Below are positions 33,506-52,349 of a DNA stretch of 64,000 nucleotides, piece by piece. Below the pieces are notes generated by a model that was given only the letters and a program-made list of their open reading frames with translations, had not been told where the DNA came from and ran no database searches. Numbering within the stretch: the first letter of the stretch is position 1; each line of letters begins with the position of its first letter. A program made the translations under genes and the position numbers. The DNA is from Escherichia phage VpaE1_ev035, in the sequence record LR699048, one strand, 5' to 3'.

Positions 33506-34972
33506 ATGGCAGATATTACAGAAACACAAGAAAGCTTACCACCATTTAGAATGGGTGAAGTAGGTTCTTTGGGTCTGAAGGTTAAGAATGGAAGAATCTA
33601 TGAAGAACCTCGTCAGGCACTAAGGTTCCCTGAAAGTATTAAAACTTTCCAATTAATGATGCGTGACCCTGCTGTAGCAGCATCTGTAAATATTATTAAG
33701 ATGTTTGTCAGAAAAGTCAACTGGAGATTCGTACCTCCAAAGGGAAAAGAGCAAGACCCTAAAATGCTTGAAAGAGCAGACTTCTTTAATTCTTTAATGG
33801 ATGACATGGAGCATGATTGGGCAGATTTTATTAACTCTGTAATGTCATTCTGCACTTATGGGTTCTGTGTTAATGAGAAGGTTTATAAGAAACGTCAGGG
33901 TAAAAAAGGAAAGTACCAGTCTAAATTTGATGACGGTTTAATTGGGTGGGCTAAATTACCAATCAGAAACCAGTCAACACTTGATAAGTGGTATTTTGAT
34001 GAAGACTTTAGAAAAGTTACTGGTGTCAGACAGAATCTGAGAAATGTTTCACATATTGCTGGAGCAATTAATCTTGGAGAAAGACCACTAACAAGAAAAC
34101 TTCCACGAGCTAAATTCATGCTGTTTAAGTATGATGATGAATATGGAAACCCAGAAGGTCGTTCACCATTACTTAATGCCTATGTACCGTGGAAGTATAA
34201 AGTTCGGATTGAAGAGTACGAAGCGGTTGGTGTTTCAAGAGACTTGGTAGGTATGCCAAAGATTGGTTTACCACCAGATTATCTGGATGAAAATGCAGAA
34301 CCTGAAAAGAAAGCTTTCGTACAATACTGCAAAACTGTTGTCAATGACATGATTGCTAATGACAGAGCAGGTTTAATCTGGCCTAGATATATCGACCCAG
34401 ATACTAAAGAGGATATTTTTGAGTTCTCATTAGTTTCTAGACAGGGTGCTAAAGCATACGATACAGGTTCTATTATTGACAGATATTCCAAGCAGATTAT
34501 GATGGCATTTATGTCAGATGTTCTTGCTATGGGTCAGTCAAAATATGGTTCATTCTCTCTTGCAGATTCTAAGACAAGCTTACTAGCAATGTCAGTAGAT
34601 ATTCTGCTGAAGCAAATTAAGAACGTAATTAACCGTGATTTAGTTGCACAGACTTATGCTCTTAATATGTGGGACGATGAAGAACATGTACAAATCACTT
34701 ACGATGATATCGAAACTCCAGACCTTGAAGCAATTGGTTCTTATATCCAGAAGACTGTTGCAGTAGGTGCTTTGGAAGTTGACAAAGAGCTATCTAACAA
34801 GCTTAGAGAGCATATTGGTCTTCCTCCTGCTGATGAGTCTCAGCCAGTATCTGAAAAGCTTTCTCCAAATAGCCAAAGTCGTTCAGGAGATGGTTATAAG
34901 ACCGCTGGAGAAGGTACTGCAAAGACACCTTCAGCGAAAGACCCAAGCACAGCAAATAAGGCAAATAAATAA
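33506..34972 (+). CDS. portal protein
   Basis: ~490-aa ORF immediately downstream of terminase large subunit with acidic Gly-rich tail; ATG 33506 with RBS (track frame begins at GTG 33497). Confidence 0.7.
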   Translation: MADITETQESLPPFRMGEVGSLGLKVKNGRIYEEPRQALRFPESIKTFQLMMRDPAVAASVNIIKMFVRKVNWRFVPPKGKEQDPKMLERADFFNSLMDDMEHDWADFINSVMSFCTYGFCVNEKVYKKRQGKKGKYQSKFDDGLIGWAKLPIRNQSTLDKWYFDEDFRKVTGVRQNLRNVSHIAGAINLGERPLTRKLPRAKFMLFKYDDEYGNPEGRSPLLNAYVPWKYKVRIEEYEAVGVSRDLVGMPKIGLPPDYLDENAEPEKKAFVQYCKTVVNDMIANDRAGLIWPRYIDPDTKEDIFEFSLVSRQGAKAYDTGSIIDRYSKQIMMAFMSDVLAMGQSKYGSFSLADSKTSLLAMSVDILLKQIKNVINRDLVAQTYALNMWDDEEHVQITYDDIETPDLEAIGSYIQKTVAVGALEVDKELSNKLREHIGLPPADESQPVSEKLSPNSQSRSGDGYKTAGEGTAKTPSAKDPSTANKANK

Positions 34973-35472
34973 TGGCTGAAGTTATCTCTATTTCAAATGC
35001 TACACGAGTGCATTCGTATAGAGGTGTTCTTATTATCACTGACAAATTATCTGTAGAGGCTGGCTCAAGGGTCAGCCTTTCAGGTTATGTAAGTGATGGT
35101 GGAACCTCTGACGTTTTCACTATTTGTAGGTTACTTGATGCACCAATGAGTGGAAAACCGTTTATTTCAGGAAATTGTAGTGAAATTGTTAAAATTCCAT
35201 TTGACAGTTCATGCCTTTTGGGTGTAAAGTTATATAACTGCGAGAATAAACGTATCAATGTTAATAGCATTGAAGCCGCTTTCATTACCCTCGACACTGC
35301 ATTTCAATCTCCAATGACAGTTAATAAAGAAACAAACAGACTTGAATACATTTTTTCACAAAATGATTACAAAGTACTTGTCAAAGGTAAAGTATATGAT
35401 ATGATTGTAAATGTGGTAGATGAATCTGGTAACCATTCAACAGTCCTTAAACAAAAAGTAAGGTTTAATTAA
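34972..35472 (+). CDS. hypothetical head-module protein
   Basis: ORF track; between portal and protease. Confidence 0.45.
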   Translation: MAEVISISNATRVHSYRGVLIITDKLSVEAGSRVSLSGYVSDGGTSDVFTICRLLDAPMSGKPFISGNCSEIVKIPFDSSCLLGVKLYNCENKRINVNSIEAAFITLDTAFQSPMTVNKETNRLEYIFSQNDYKVLVKGKVYDMIVNVVDESGNHSTVLKQKVRFN

Positions 35473-35804
35473 TGGGAACATTAACTATTGATGGTAAGAA
35501 TAAAATCCTCGCCACGCTAACCCCAACGACTATTATTTTACACAATGTAGACCCAACGGCAGACCCTACAGCAAATAAGGTTACTCAGCCAGTGGCTATT
35601 TATTTTTCTGAACCGGATAATGGCTTAATTGCCTCAGAAGACACAGTTAACATTACTGTCCCAGCTTCTGCAACGGTCTCACACTATAGCTTGTGGGATG
35701 CTAACGATAAATGCGTGGCAACTGGTGCTCTTAGCAAACCTCAATTCTTTGCTGAAGAAGGTATCTATGTTATCTCTTCAGTCTCTGTAGATTTAAACAA
35801 ATAG
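35472..35804 (+). CDS. hypothetical head-module protein
   Basis: ORF track. Confidence 0.45.
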   Translation: MGTLTIDGKNKILATLTPTTIILHNVDPTADPTANKVTQPVAIYFSEPDNGLIASEDTVNITVPASATVSHYSLWDANDKCVATGALSKPQFFAEEGIYVISSVSVDLNK

Positions 35805-35815
35805 GGTGAGTAAAA

Positions 35816-37162
35816 ATGAGTTCGAATATCTTCAGACTTGCTGATAGATTATTCAACCAACCTTTACTAGCCACTGAATCATTAGCTCACTCAGCAGCAA
35901 CTTATGTGAATAACAGATTGCTGGGTGATGTCCAAGCAGCAGTAAACTTTGATAAACCCAAAGGTGAAGCAAGAAGTCTTTTAAAAGTAAAAGATGACAT
36001 TGCTATTATCCCTATTATGGGTGGTTTAACCCATCGTATGACATTCATTGATGCAATGTGTACAGGTGGATTAAGCTCTTATGAAGGTTTGCGTAGAGGC
36101 TTTGACGAAGCTTTAGCAGATGAGTCAATTAAGACTATTGTTCTGCACATTGATTCTGGTGGTGGTGAAGCTTCAGGTTGCTTTGAATTAGCACGTCACA
36201 TTATGGCTTCAAGAGGCCAAAAGAAAATTATTGCCTATGTAGATGAGTTCGCTTGTTCCGCTGCATATGCTCTTGCATCTTCTGCTGAAGAAATTATTGC
36301 ATCACCAGATGCAGATGTTGGTTCTATTGGTGTAATTATGGTTCATCAGGAATTAACTAAGGCATTTGAAAAGAATGGCGTAACAATTAACGTCATCAAA
36401 GCTGGTGAGTTTAAAGGTATGGGTTCACCATTCCAAGCACTCTCAGAAGAAAGCAAAGAAAGACTTCAAAAGAGAATTAATGATACCTACGCAACCTTTA
36501 CAGGTTTTGTAGCCGAATCTCGTAATCTCTCTGAAGAAGCTGTAAAGAATACTGAGGCGAATGTTTATTCTGCTCAGGAAGCTCTTGAACTTGGTTTAAT
36601 TAACTCAATCATGTCTCAAGATGATTTCTTAAATTACTTACAAGGTTCTGAAGAGGCTCCTGTAAGTTTAAACGTTAACAATTCAGGTGAAGAAATGACT
36701 GAACAAGAAAAGCAAGAACTAGAAGCTTTGCGTCTTCAGGTTGCTCAAATGAAAGCTAAAGAACAGGAAGCTGCTTTGTCAGATTTGACTAATAAGATTT
36801 CTGCTTCTGCTGAAGCTTTTGGATTTGATGCAAAAGAAGCTGCAACGACTATTTTAGGTGCTGGTCTTGATAACCCTCTGAGTGTTCTGTTTATGAATGC
36901 TATGGAAGGTGCTAACCAGAAACTTAATGAAACTATCGCGTCCCATGCTTCTGCAATGGAAGAAAAAGAATCAGAAATTACCAAGCTGAAAGAAACTGCT
37001 GGTGCTGTTCTTGAACATTCCAACGCTATGGAAGAAATGGGTAATGACGGCGAAGCTGATTTGGTTGAAGAAGAAAAAGAACCAGCTAAGAATGCTTCCG
37101 AAGACACCGCTGAACAACGCAAACTGGCTCTCCAGAATGCTCTAAAATCTCTTATCAAATAA
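35816..37162 (+). CDS. prohead protease (S49/ClpP-like serine peptidase) fused to scaffold-like coiled-coil domain
   Basis: S49-like blocks IAIIPIMGGL, IVLHIDSGGGEASG, AYVDEFACSAAYALAS, SIGVIM; C-terminal half coiled-coil/acidic. Confidence 0.8.
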   Translation: MSSNIFRLADRLFNQPLLATESLAHSAATYVNNRLLGDVQAAVNFDKPKGEARSLLKVKDDIAIIPIMGGLTHRMTFIDAMCTGGLSSYEGLRRGFDEALADESIKTIVLHIDSGGGEASGCFELARHIMASRGQKKIIAYVDEFACSAAYALASSAEEIIASPDADVGSIGVIMVHQELTKAFEKNGVTINVIKAGEFKGMGSPFQALSEESKERLQKRINDTYATFTGFVAESRNLSEEAVKNTEANVYSAQEALELGLINSIMSQDDFLNYLQGSEEAPVSLNVNNSGEEMTEQEKQELEALRLQVAQMKAKEQEAALSDLTNKISASAEAFGFDAKEAATTILGAGLDNPLSVLFMNAMEGANQKLNETIASHASAMEEKESEITKLKETAGAVLEHSNAMEEMGNDGEADLVEEEKEPAKNASEDTAEQRKLALQNALKSLIK

Positions 37163-37173
37163 GGAACACAATA

Positions 37174-37551
37174 ATGGCATATCAAGGTTTTACTAAGTTA
37201 GGTAAAAGAGAACCTCTGAATGATATCATTCTTTGGGAACAGGTTACCCCAACAGGCCACTCTCGTAAAGAGTACACTCCACAGGCATCTACAGAATATC
37301 GTGTAGGTGAAGTTCTGAAGGAAGACGGTACTAAAGTCGCAGCAGGGGAAGAAGCTCAGGCTGATTCTGTATGTATCGTTAACTTTTATTCAGACCTGCA
37401 ACTGTCTTACCACGGTCAGTTGAAAGTTGTTGGTATTTACCGTGACGCAGAACTGAAAGACATGCTTACTCTTGAGTCTGGTGTTAATGCTGAGAACGTC
37501 AAGAAAGCTCTGGCTGCTAAAGGTATTGATTTCGTACCAACTGGCCTGTAA
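37174..37551 (+). CDS. head protein (possible decoration or scaffold-associated protein)
   Basis: 125-aa ORF between protease and major capsid with highly biased codon usage like the capsid gene. Confidence 0.45.
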   Translation: MAYQGFTKLGKREPLNDIILWEQVTPTGHSRKEYTPQASTEYRVGEVLKEDGTKVAAGEEAQADSVCIVNFYSDLQLSYHGQLKVVGIYRDAELKDMLTLESGVNAENVKKALAAKGIDFVPTGL

Positions 37552-37584
37552 TAACAATAATAAGACATTCTGGAGAATTTTACA

Positions 37585-38694
37585 ATGTTGACTAATTCTG
37601 AAAAAAGCAGATTTTTCCTTGCTGACCTGACTGGTGAAGTCCAGTCTATCCCAAATACTTATGGGTATATTTCCAACTTAGGTCTGTTCCGTTCAGCACC
37701 AATCACCCAAACTACTTTCCTTATGGACTTGACTGATTGGGATGTTAGCTTGCTTGATGCGGTAGACCGTGATAGCCGTAAAGCAGAGACTAGCGCACCT
37801 GAGCGTGTTCGTCAAATCAGCTTCCCAATGATGTACTTCAAAGAAGTTGAAAGCATCACTCCTGATGAAATTCAGGGTGTACGTCAGCCAGGCACTGCAA
37901 ACGAACTGACTACTGAAGCTGTAGTACGTGCTAAGAAGCTGATGAAGATTCGTACCAAGTTCGATATTACTCGTGAGTTCCTGTTTATGCAAGCTCTGAA
38001 GGGTAAAGTTGTTGATGCTCGTGGTACTCTGTATGCTGACCTGTACAAGCAGTTCGACGTTGAGAAGAAAACTGTTTACTTCGACCTTGACAACCCTAAT
38101 GCTGACATCGACGCTTCTATTGAAGAACTGCGTATGCACATGGAAGACGAAGCTAAGACTGGCACTGTAATCAACGGTGAAGAAATTCACGTAGTTGTTG
38201 ACCGTGTATTCTTCAGCAAACTGGTTAAGCATCCTAAGATTCGTGACGCTTATCTTGCACAGCAGACTCCGCTGGCTTGGCAACAGATTACTGGTTCTCT
38301 GAGAACTGGTGGTACTGACGGCGTTCAGGCTCACATGAACACCTTCTACTACGGTGGTGTTAAGTTTGTCCAGTACAACGGTAAGTTCAAAGACAAGCGT
38401 GGTAAGGTTCATACTCTGGTTAGTATTGATGGTGTTACTCAGGATGGAACTGTAGGTGTAGGTCATGCTTTCCCTAACGTTTCTATGCTGGGTGAAGCAA
38501 ACAACATCTTCGAAGTGGCATATGGCCCATGTCCTAAGATGGGTTATGCAAATACTCTGGGTCAGGAACTGTACGTATTCGAATACGAAAAAGACCGTGA
38601 CGAAGGTATTGACTTTGAAGCTCACTCTTACATGCTGCCATACTGCACACGTCCTCAGTTGCTGGTAGATGTTCGTTCTGACGCTCAAGAATAA
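37585..38694 (+). CDS. major capsid protein
   Basis: 369-aa ORF directly after protease/scaffold; strongly biased codon usage consistent with very high expression; fold family not determined. Confidence 0.75.
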   Translation: MLTNSEKSRFFLADLTGEVQSIPNTYGYISNLGLFRSAPITQTTFLMDLTDWDVSLLDAVDRDSRKAETSAPERVRQISFPMMYFKEVESITPDEIQGVRQPGTANELTTEAVVRAKKLMKIRTKFDITREFLFMQALKGKVVDARGTLYADLYKQFDVEKKTVYFDLDNPNADIDASIEELRMHMEDEAKTGTVINGEEIHVVVDRVFFSKLVKHPKIRDAYLAQQTPLAWQQITGSLRTGGTDGVQAHMNTFYYGGVKFVQYNGKFKDKRGKVHTLVSIDGVTQDGTVGVGHAFPNVSMLGEANNIFEVAYGPCPKMGYANTLGQELYVFEYEKDRDEGIDFEAHSYMLPYCTRPQLLVDVRSDAQE

Positions 38695-38715
38695 TATTCT
38701 TAAGGAGGGTTATGA

Positions 38716-39165
38716 ATGTGTTATACAGGCGACCCAGCCAATAACCCTCTTGATAGAGTAAGAATCCTCTGCACAGACACCAATAATGATGAAATTCTTA
38801 TTGAGCAGTCTGTGCTAGAGTGGTTCTATCTAGAATCTGGAAAGGATGAAAAGAAAGCAGCCATCAAAGCTCTTAAATATTTACTCTTTCAAGTAGCCAA
38901 GATGGGAGATGAGAAGGTTGGTGGTGTTTATTTACGTAACTCTTCCAGATTCAAATCTCTGAAAGCTGTTTATGACGACCTTGTTAAAAGCTCTGTTTCA
39001 GGACTACCCTATGCAGGTGGTATTAATCAGTGTGATATTGACATGCGTCGTCAGAATCCTTGCTCTGTCAAGAAATACACAGAATATGGTGATGCTGCCA
39101 GATACGAAGGCAGAGATTACTGCAACCGTGTTAATGGCGTATTTATTATCGAGCGAGATGAATAA
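38716..39165 (+). CDS. head-tail joining/neck protein candidate
   Basis: Position after capsid gene. Confidence 0.45.
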   Translation: MCYTGDPANNPLDRVRILCTDTNNDEILIEQSVLEWFYLESGKDEKKAAIKALKYLLFQVAKMGDEKVGGVYLRNSSRFKSLKAVYDDLVKSSVSGLPYAGGINQCDIDMRRQNPCSVKKYTEYGDAARYEGRDYCNRVNGVFIIERDE

Positions 39166-39647
39166 TGGTTAAAAGGGTTATTCACCCCGCGAGAGCAAAA
39201 TTAGTCGGGGCTATGAAGAACTTGCAAACGGCTAATGCTCAAGTTGGGTATTTTCAAGAACAAGGTCAACATAGCTCTGGTTTTTCTTATCCTGCTTTAA
39301 TGTATTTACAAGAAGTTATTGGGGTTCCTTCAGCTTCTGGTAAAGTATATCGTAGGTTGTTTGAAATCACTATGATGCTAAACAAACAGACCTTGTTAGA
39401 GCAGACTAAGAAGAATCTATATAAGCAACTTAGCAGTCTCAACACAGACCCTTCAAATACCTTAGAAGCATTTGCAAAGAATGCTCAAAAGGCAATTAAA
39501 AGAGGTTTTGGTAATTCTGCTATCCTCCCTCCTAACGCACCTTCCACAGTCAAGAAAAAAGGCTTTAACGCACCTCTTGTTGAGACAGGTGACTTAAGAG
39601 ATAACCTTGCTTATAAAATTTCTACTAAGAAGGGTATTAAGAAATGA
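39165..39647 (+). CDS. head completion/neck protein candidate
   Basis: Position; overlapping start/stop. Confidence 0.45.
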   Translation: MVKRVIHPARAKLVGAMKNLQTANAQVGYFQEQGQHSSGFSYPALMYLQEVIGVPSASGKVYRRLFEITMMLNKQTLLEQTKKNLYKQLSSLNTDPSNTLEAFAKNAQKAIKRGFGNSAILPPNAPSTVKKKGFNAPLVETGDLRDNLAYKISTKKGIKK

Positions 39648-40045
39648 GACTCTTAAACAGACACAGCTTTGTAGTAAAGCGTAAAGTCTCTGAAGACGGT
39701 TATTATAATGATGATGGTGATTGGGTAGCTTCACAAGATATTGTAGAGGTTAACTGCAAAGGTAATATCCAGCCATATATCAAAGGTTCTGTAAAGAACG
39801 GTACACAGATTGCTTTACCGGAAGGTATTAGACTAACCGATACAAGAATCCTGTATACTACATATAAACTTAGAACTTCAGATGATGTAGAGTGGAATGA
39901 GTCTGATATTGTTATGATTGATGGTCATGAGTATGAAGTATTTATGACTATGGATTGGTCACAGCAATTAGCCCATACATCCCATTATGAATATATCATT
40001 ATTAGAAGGGATAAAATGAATGCAGTTAGAAACAGCAGAACTTGA
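39644..40045 (+). CDS. tail completion/neck protein candidate
   Basis: Position; overlapping start/stop. Confidence 0.45.
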   Translation: MRLLNRHSFVVKRKVSEDGYYNDDGDWVASQDIVEVNCKGNIQPYIKGSVKNGTQIALPEGIRLTDTRILYTTYKLRTSDDVEWNESDIVMIDGHEYEVFMTMDWSQQLAHTSHYEYIIIRRDKMNAVRNSRT

Positions 40046-40619
40046 AAAAGGTCTAGTTAGAACCTTAGTGGATGTTATTGGTCACAGATTAGCTCGTGAT
40101 AAAAATAATAGACCAAACGTAATTAGAGCTTACCCTTCTGATAACTCAAATGACAAAGGTTTAAAACCTGACCAGCCATTTATTACCGTATATTGTCAAG
40201 ATGCTGCAACACCTTATGGTTGGGTTCTTGATAAGTTTGTTGAAGATGATGTAGTTTGTTACAGAATCGCTTTTCAGATTCCTGTATTGATTACGGTAAA
40301 TGGTAAAGGTGCTCACAGTATTATGCTTGAGCTTAAACAAAGATTAGAGATGAGTTCAGTCAGAGATTTAATCCTTGAAGAAACAGGAGCTACAGTATTA
40401 GACACTGGAGCAATCCCTAACGATTACACTTATCTCAATACAGATTTCGAAAATTCTGCGCCTCTTGTTGTAACTCTTGTAAAAAACTCAGTCCTGAAAG
40501 ATGAACGTGGAAGTATTATTGAGCGTGTCATTGTTGATGGTGAGTTGGTTTATGAAGAAGGGCAAGAGCCACCAGAATATACTATCCATCTAGATGTAGA
40601 CTCCAAAGGGGTAAAATAA
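40020..40619 (+). CDS. tail completion/neck protein candidate
   Basis: Position; stop overlaps sheath start. Confidence 0.45.
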   Translation: MQLETAELEKGLVRTLVDVIGHRLARDKNNRPNVIRAYPSDNSNDKGLKPDQPFITVYCQDAATPYGWVLDKFVEDDVVCYRIAFQIPVLITVNGKGAHSIMLELKQRLEMSSVRDLILEETGATVLDTGAIPNDYTYLNTDFENSAPLVVTLVKNSVLKDERGSIIERVIVDGELVYEEGQEPPEYTIHLDVDSKGVK

Positions 40620-41972
40620 ATGTGGAATCCAATTGTTAATGTAGATATTACATTGAACACCGCAGGAACTACAAGAGAAGGTTTTGGTTTGCCACTATTC
40701 TTAGCTTCAACAGATAACTTTGAAGAAAGAGTGCGTGGTTATACTTCCTTAACTGAAGTTGCTGAAGATTTCGATGAGAATACTGCTGCATATAAGGCTG
40801 CTAAACAACTTTGGAGTCAGACTCCTAAAGTAACTCAGCTTTATATTGGTAGACGCGCTATGCAGTACACTGTATCAATTCCTGATGAGGTTACTGAGAG
40901 CACGGACTACTCAATTACTGTAGCTGTCGGTGGGGGAATGTCACAACCATTCCAGTACACCTCACAAGGTGAAGATACTGCCGAGAATGTATTACAACAG
41001 TTTAAAACACAGATTGAAGCTGACCAATCAATTAAAGATAAAGTTTCAGTCAATGTTACTGGTAGCAACGGTTCTGCCACAATGGTCATCTCCAAAGCTG
41101 GTGACAATGATTTCGTGAAGGTAACCACTACAGCACAAACTGTGTCTATTGCAAGCACAACTGCTGATACAGCGTCAACTGCTCTGGCAGCTATTGAAGC
41201 TTATTCTACCGACTGGTATTTCATTGCAGCAGAAGACAGAACTCAACAGTTTGTTTTGGCAATGGCTTCTGAGATTCAGGCTCGTAAGAAAATCTTCTTC
41301 ACAGCTAACTCTGATGTAGCAGCACTGCAAGGTACAGAATTAAATAGTGCAAATGATGTTCCAGCACAGCTTGCTAAGAGTATGTATACTCGCACAGTTT
41401 GCTTGTGGCATCACACAGCGGCAGAAGATTATCCAGAGATGGCATATATTGCTTATGGCGCTCCATACGATGCAGGGTCAATTGCTTGGGGTAATGCTCA
41501 GTTGACTGGTGTAGCTGCTTCTTTACAGCCAGCTAATAAGAGACCTCTGACAAGCATTCAGAAGTCAGCTTTAGATGTACGTCACTGTAACTTTATCGAC
41601 CTTGATGGTGGTGTTCCAGTGGTTCGTAGAGGGATTACTTCTGGTGGGGAATGGATTGATATCGTCCGTGGTGTTGACTGGTTAGAATCAGACCTGAAAA
41701 CTTCTCTGAGAGACTTGCTAATTAACCAGAAGGGTGGTAAGATTACTTATGATGATACTGGTATTACCCGTATTCGTCAAGTCATTGAAACCTCTCTACA
41801 AAGAGCAGTCAACAGAAACTTCCTGTCATCTTACACAGTTAATGTTCCTAAAGCCTCTCAAGTTGCTTTGGCAGACAAGAAAGCTCGTATCCTGAAAGAT
41901 GTTACCTTCGCAGGTATCTTAGCAGGGGCTATCTTGGATGTTGACTTGAAAGGTACAGTGGCTTACGAATAA
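40620..41972 (+). CDS. tail sheath protein
   Basis: 450-aa ORF immediately upstream of a 148-aa tube-sized ORF, chaperone pair and tape measure (myovirus order). Confidence 0.55.
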   Translation: MWNPIVNVDITLNTAGTTREGFGLPLFLASTDNFEERVRGYTSLTEVAEDFDENTAAYKAAKQLWSQTPKVTQLYIGRRAMQYTVSIPDEVTESTDYSITVAVGGGMSQPFQYTSQGEDTAENVLQQFKTQIEADQSIKDKVSVNVTGSNGSATMVISKAGDNDFVKVTTTAQTVSIASTTADTASTALAAIEAYSTDWYFIAAEDRTQQFVLAMASEIQARKKIFFTANSDVAALQGTELNSANDVPAQLAKSMYTRTVCLWHHTAAEDYPEMAYIAYGAPYDAGSIAWGNAQLTGVAASLQPANKRPLTSIQKSALDVRHCNFIDLDGGVPVVRRGITSGGEWIDIVRGVDWLESDLKTSLRDLLINQKGGKITYDDTGITRIRQVIETSLQRAVNRNFLSSYTVNVPKASQVALADKKARILKDVTFAGILAGAILDVDLKGTVAYE

Positions 41973-41987
41973 TAGAGGTAAATTGGA

Positions 41988-42434
41988 ATGGCTATGTATC
42001 AGCAATATTCCCCTAAAGACGTTGTATGTAGCTGGAATGGTATTGCCATTGAAGGCTTTGCCCCAGACTCATTTTTACGTCTACAGAGAACATCACCACT
42101 TATCACACCAGTTGTAGGTGCAGGTGGTCAGGTTGCTCTGACAAGAAATGCAGACAAGACAGGTACTATTGAGATTGAGCTAATGCAGACTTCTCTCTCT
42201 AACCAGATGCTTTCTGCAATTCAAGCTAAACAAGACAACATGGAACTTGAAGAAGATATCTCTTCTAACTTCGTAATCTACGACCCATCAGGCTCTGTTC
42301 TGGCAACTGGTATTAATGCTTGGTTGCAGGAATTACCACAGATTGAACTTGGGCGTGACCAGAACTCTAAAACTTGGATTTTTGGTTGTGAGAAGCTAGA
42401 CTACACTTCTACAATTCCAGCGTCAAGTGTTTAA
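41988..42434 (+). CDS. tail tube protein
   Basis: Size and position after sheath; followed by strong terminator. Confidence 0.5.
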   Translation: MAMYQQYSPKDVVCSWNGIAIEGFAPDSFLRLQRTSPLITPVVGAGGQVALTRNADKTGTIEIELMQTSLSNQMLSAIQAKQDNMELEEDISSNFVIYDPSGSVLATGINAWLQELPQIELGRDQNSKTWIFGCEKLDYTSTIPASSV

Positions 42435-42445
42435 TAAATCCTATA

Positions 42446-42480
42446 AGGGGGAGACTTTAAAAGGTCTTCCCCTTTTTTGT
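42446..42480 (+). terminator. rho-independent terminator after tail tube gene
   Basis: GGGGGAGAC-TTTAAAA-GGTCTTCCCC then TTTTTTG. Confidence 0.7.
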
Positions 42481-42507
42481 TTCTTTTAAAAGTATTAAGG
42501 AATCACA

Positions 42508-42906
42508 ATGAAAACAGAATCTAAAGTAATTAATGGTAAGAAAGTAAATATCGTTCTGCTTGGGGCAAGAGATGGGATTAAGATGTCTATGAAGCTGGGT
42601 AAAATTGTTGTTCCAACATTTGCACAGATGCTATCAAGTCTGACTGATAAAGATAAGAAAGAAGCTCCAATGGTTCCATTTAAAGACCTTGTTGAAGCTT
42701 GTTTTGACAGAATTGAAGAAATTAACCTTGAAGAAATGGCTACCCTGTTATTTCAAGGGGCAACTGTTGATGACTTCCCACTCAATATTGATACATACTT
42801 CCAAGCAAACTACGGTGAGTTTATTGATTACTTAGCATTTGCGCTGGAGGCAAACTTCGGAAGTTTTTTCGAAGCAAGCATTTTCAAAAGCCTAACTTCT
42901 CAGTAA
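42508..42906 (+). CDS. tail assembly chaperone candidate
   Basis: Position between tube and tape measure. Confidence 0.45.
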   Translation: MKTESKVINGKKVNIVLLGARDGIKMSMKLGKIVVPTFAQMLSSLTDKDKKEAPMVPFKDLVEACFDRIEEINLEEMATLLFQGATVDDFPLNIDTYFQANYGEFIDYLAFALEANFGSFFEASIFKSLTSQ

Positions 42907-42908
42907 AC

Positions 42909-43147
42909 ATGGGTAATACTCTACAGACACCACTAACTGATGCTGCTGTAGAGGCAACCTATGAAGAAGCAGACGAGATGAAATTTGTGCTTGCTATTTA
43001 TGGTATGGAAGGGTGTAAAGAAACACTTGACCAACTCTTTGCTATGACATTCTCTGATTTATTATCATTGAGACAATTTCTTGAAATTCAGAGGTCGTAT
43101 AAAGAGGAAATTGCTTACAACGAACTTAGAAGAGCAGGAAAAATGTA

Positions 43148-43148
<1 letters not shown>
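42909..43148 (+). CDS. tail assembly chaperone candidate (second ORF of pair)
   Basis: Position; stop overlaps tape measure start. Confidence 0.4.
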
Positions 43149-51164
<8,016 letters not shown>

Positions 51165-51166
51165 TA

Positions 51167-52339
51167 ATGGCAGTAGGTGAAATTCAAATTAGTGCCTTGC
51201 CTCAAGCATCCTTACCAATTGACCTTAGTGATATCTTCCATCTTAAGCAGGGTATTGAGGATAAGAGGTGTACTCTTGAGCAATTACTTGCTCCACACGC
51301 AAGCCTAAGAAATAACCCTCATGGTGTTACTAAAACACAAATTGGTTTAGATAATGTTATTAATGCTCTTCAGTTAGTCGCTGCAAATAACTTATCAGAT
51401 ATTGTTAATGTAGCTGAGGCAAGAGCAAATCTACAGATTATGTCTTCAGAAGAGGTTAATAACCTTGTCCAGCAACATATCAAGGACAAGAGTAACCCAC
51501 ACAATACAACTAAGGCACAGGTTGGTTTAAGTAATGTTCAGAACTGGACAACATCTAATCTGTATAACGAAGATGCAGATAAGTATGCTACAGCAAGAGC
51601 AGTAAATAACTTGTACAAGGCTGTTCAGGCTTCTTATCCAGTAGGTACTATCCATCTTTCTATGAACTCTGCAAACCCTTCCACATACTTAATTTGTGGA
51701 GGTACTTGGGAGTTAGTTTCAAAAGGCAGGGCATTGGTTGGCTATGACTCTGATACAAGACCAGCAGGTTCTGTATTTGGCGCTTCAACTGTCACTTTGT
51801 CAGTTAATAACATGCCTCAGCACTCCCACTCTGTGTCTCTTAGCGGTGGTGGTCACACTCATAATGCAACTGTGTCAATTTCAGCTTTTGATTATGGGAC
51901 TAAGACTACAAACTCTTTTGACTATGGGACAAAAGCTACTAACACAACTGGTAACCATACACACAGTGTGTCAGGTAACACTAGCACCAATGGTACTCAC
52001 AACCATGATGTGTATCCTAGAGAAAATGATGGCACTGGTAATGCTGTAGCTGACTCTGATGGTGGTGGTGCAAGAAGAACATCAAGGACTTCTAGTGACG
52101 GTGCGCACTCACACAGCTTTAACGTCACATCTGGTGCATCAGGTGACCACAGCCACACGGTTGGTATTGGTGCTCACAGCCATACAGTTGGTATTGGTTC
52201 ACACACGCACAGTGGCACTGTAACAGTTTCTTCTTCTGAACATACACATAGTGGCAATACAAATAGCGTTGGTGGAGGTCAGGCAGTTAATATTGAGCAG
52301 CCATCCTTCGTACTGTATGTATGGCAGAGAACAGCTTAA
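51167..52339 (+). CDS. tail fiber protein with His-rich (HxH) repeat tip
   Basis: Repeats HSHSVS, GHTHNATVS, FDYGTK.TN (x2), NHTHSVSG, AHSHS, DHSHTVGIGAHSHTVGIGSHTHSG; C-terminus W.RTA shared with 52386-54740. Confidence 0.7.
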   Translation: MAVGEIQISALPQASLPIDLSDIFHLKQGIEDKRCTLEQLLAPHASLRNNPHGVTKTQIGLDNVINALQLVAANNLSDIVNVAEARANLQIMSSEEVNNLVQQHIKDKSNPHNTTKAQVGLSNVQNWTTSNLYNEDADKYATARAVNNLYKAVQASYPVGTIHLSMNSANPSTYLICGGTWELVSKGRALVGYDSDTRPAGSVFGASTVTLSVNNMPQHSHSVSLSGGGHTHNATVSISAFDYGTKTTNSFDYGTKATNTTGNHTHSVSGNTSTNGTHNHDVYPRENDGTGNAVADSDGGGARRTSRTSSDGAHSHSFNVTSGASGDHSHTVGIGAHSHTVGIGSHTHSGTVTVSSSEHTHSGNTNSVGGGQAVNIEQPSFVLYVWQRTA

Positions 52340-52349
52340 TTTCTTTACA

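Noticed and set aside
36745-37185. 146-aa minus-strand ORF inside the prohead protease/scaffold gene
   Set aside because: Antisense shadow ORF; Ser/Ala-rich mirror of the coiled-coil coding region.
37693-38688. 331-aa ORF on the minus strand
   Set aside because: Lies entirely antisense within the highly codon-biased major capsid gene and reads as low-complexity mirror sequence; shadow ORF.
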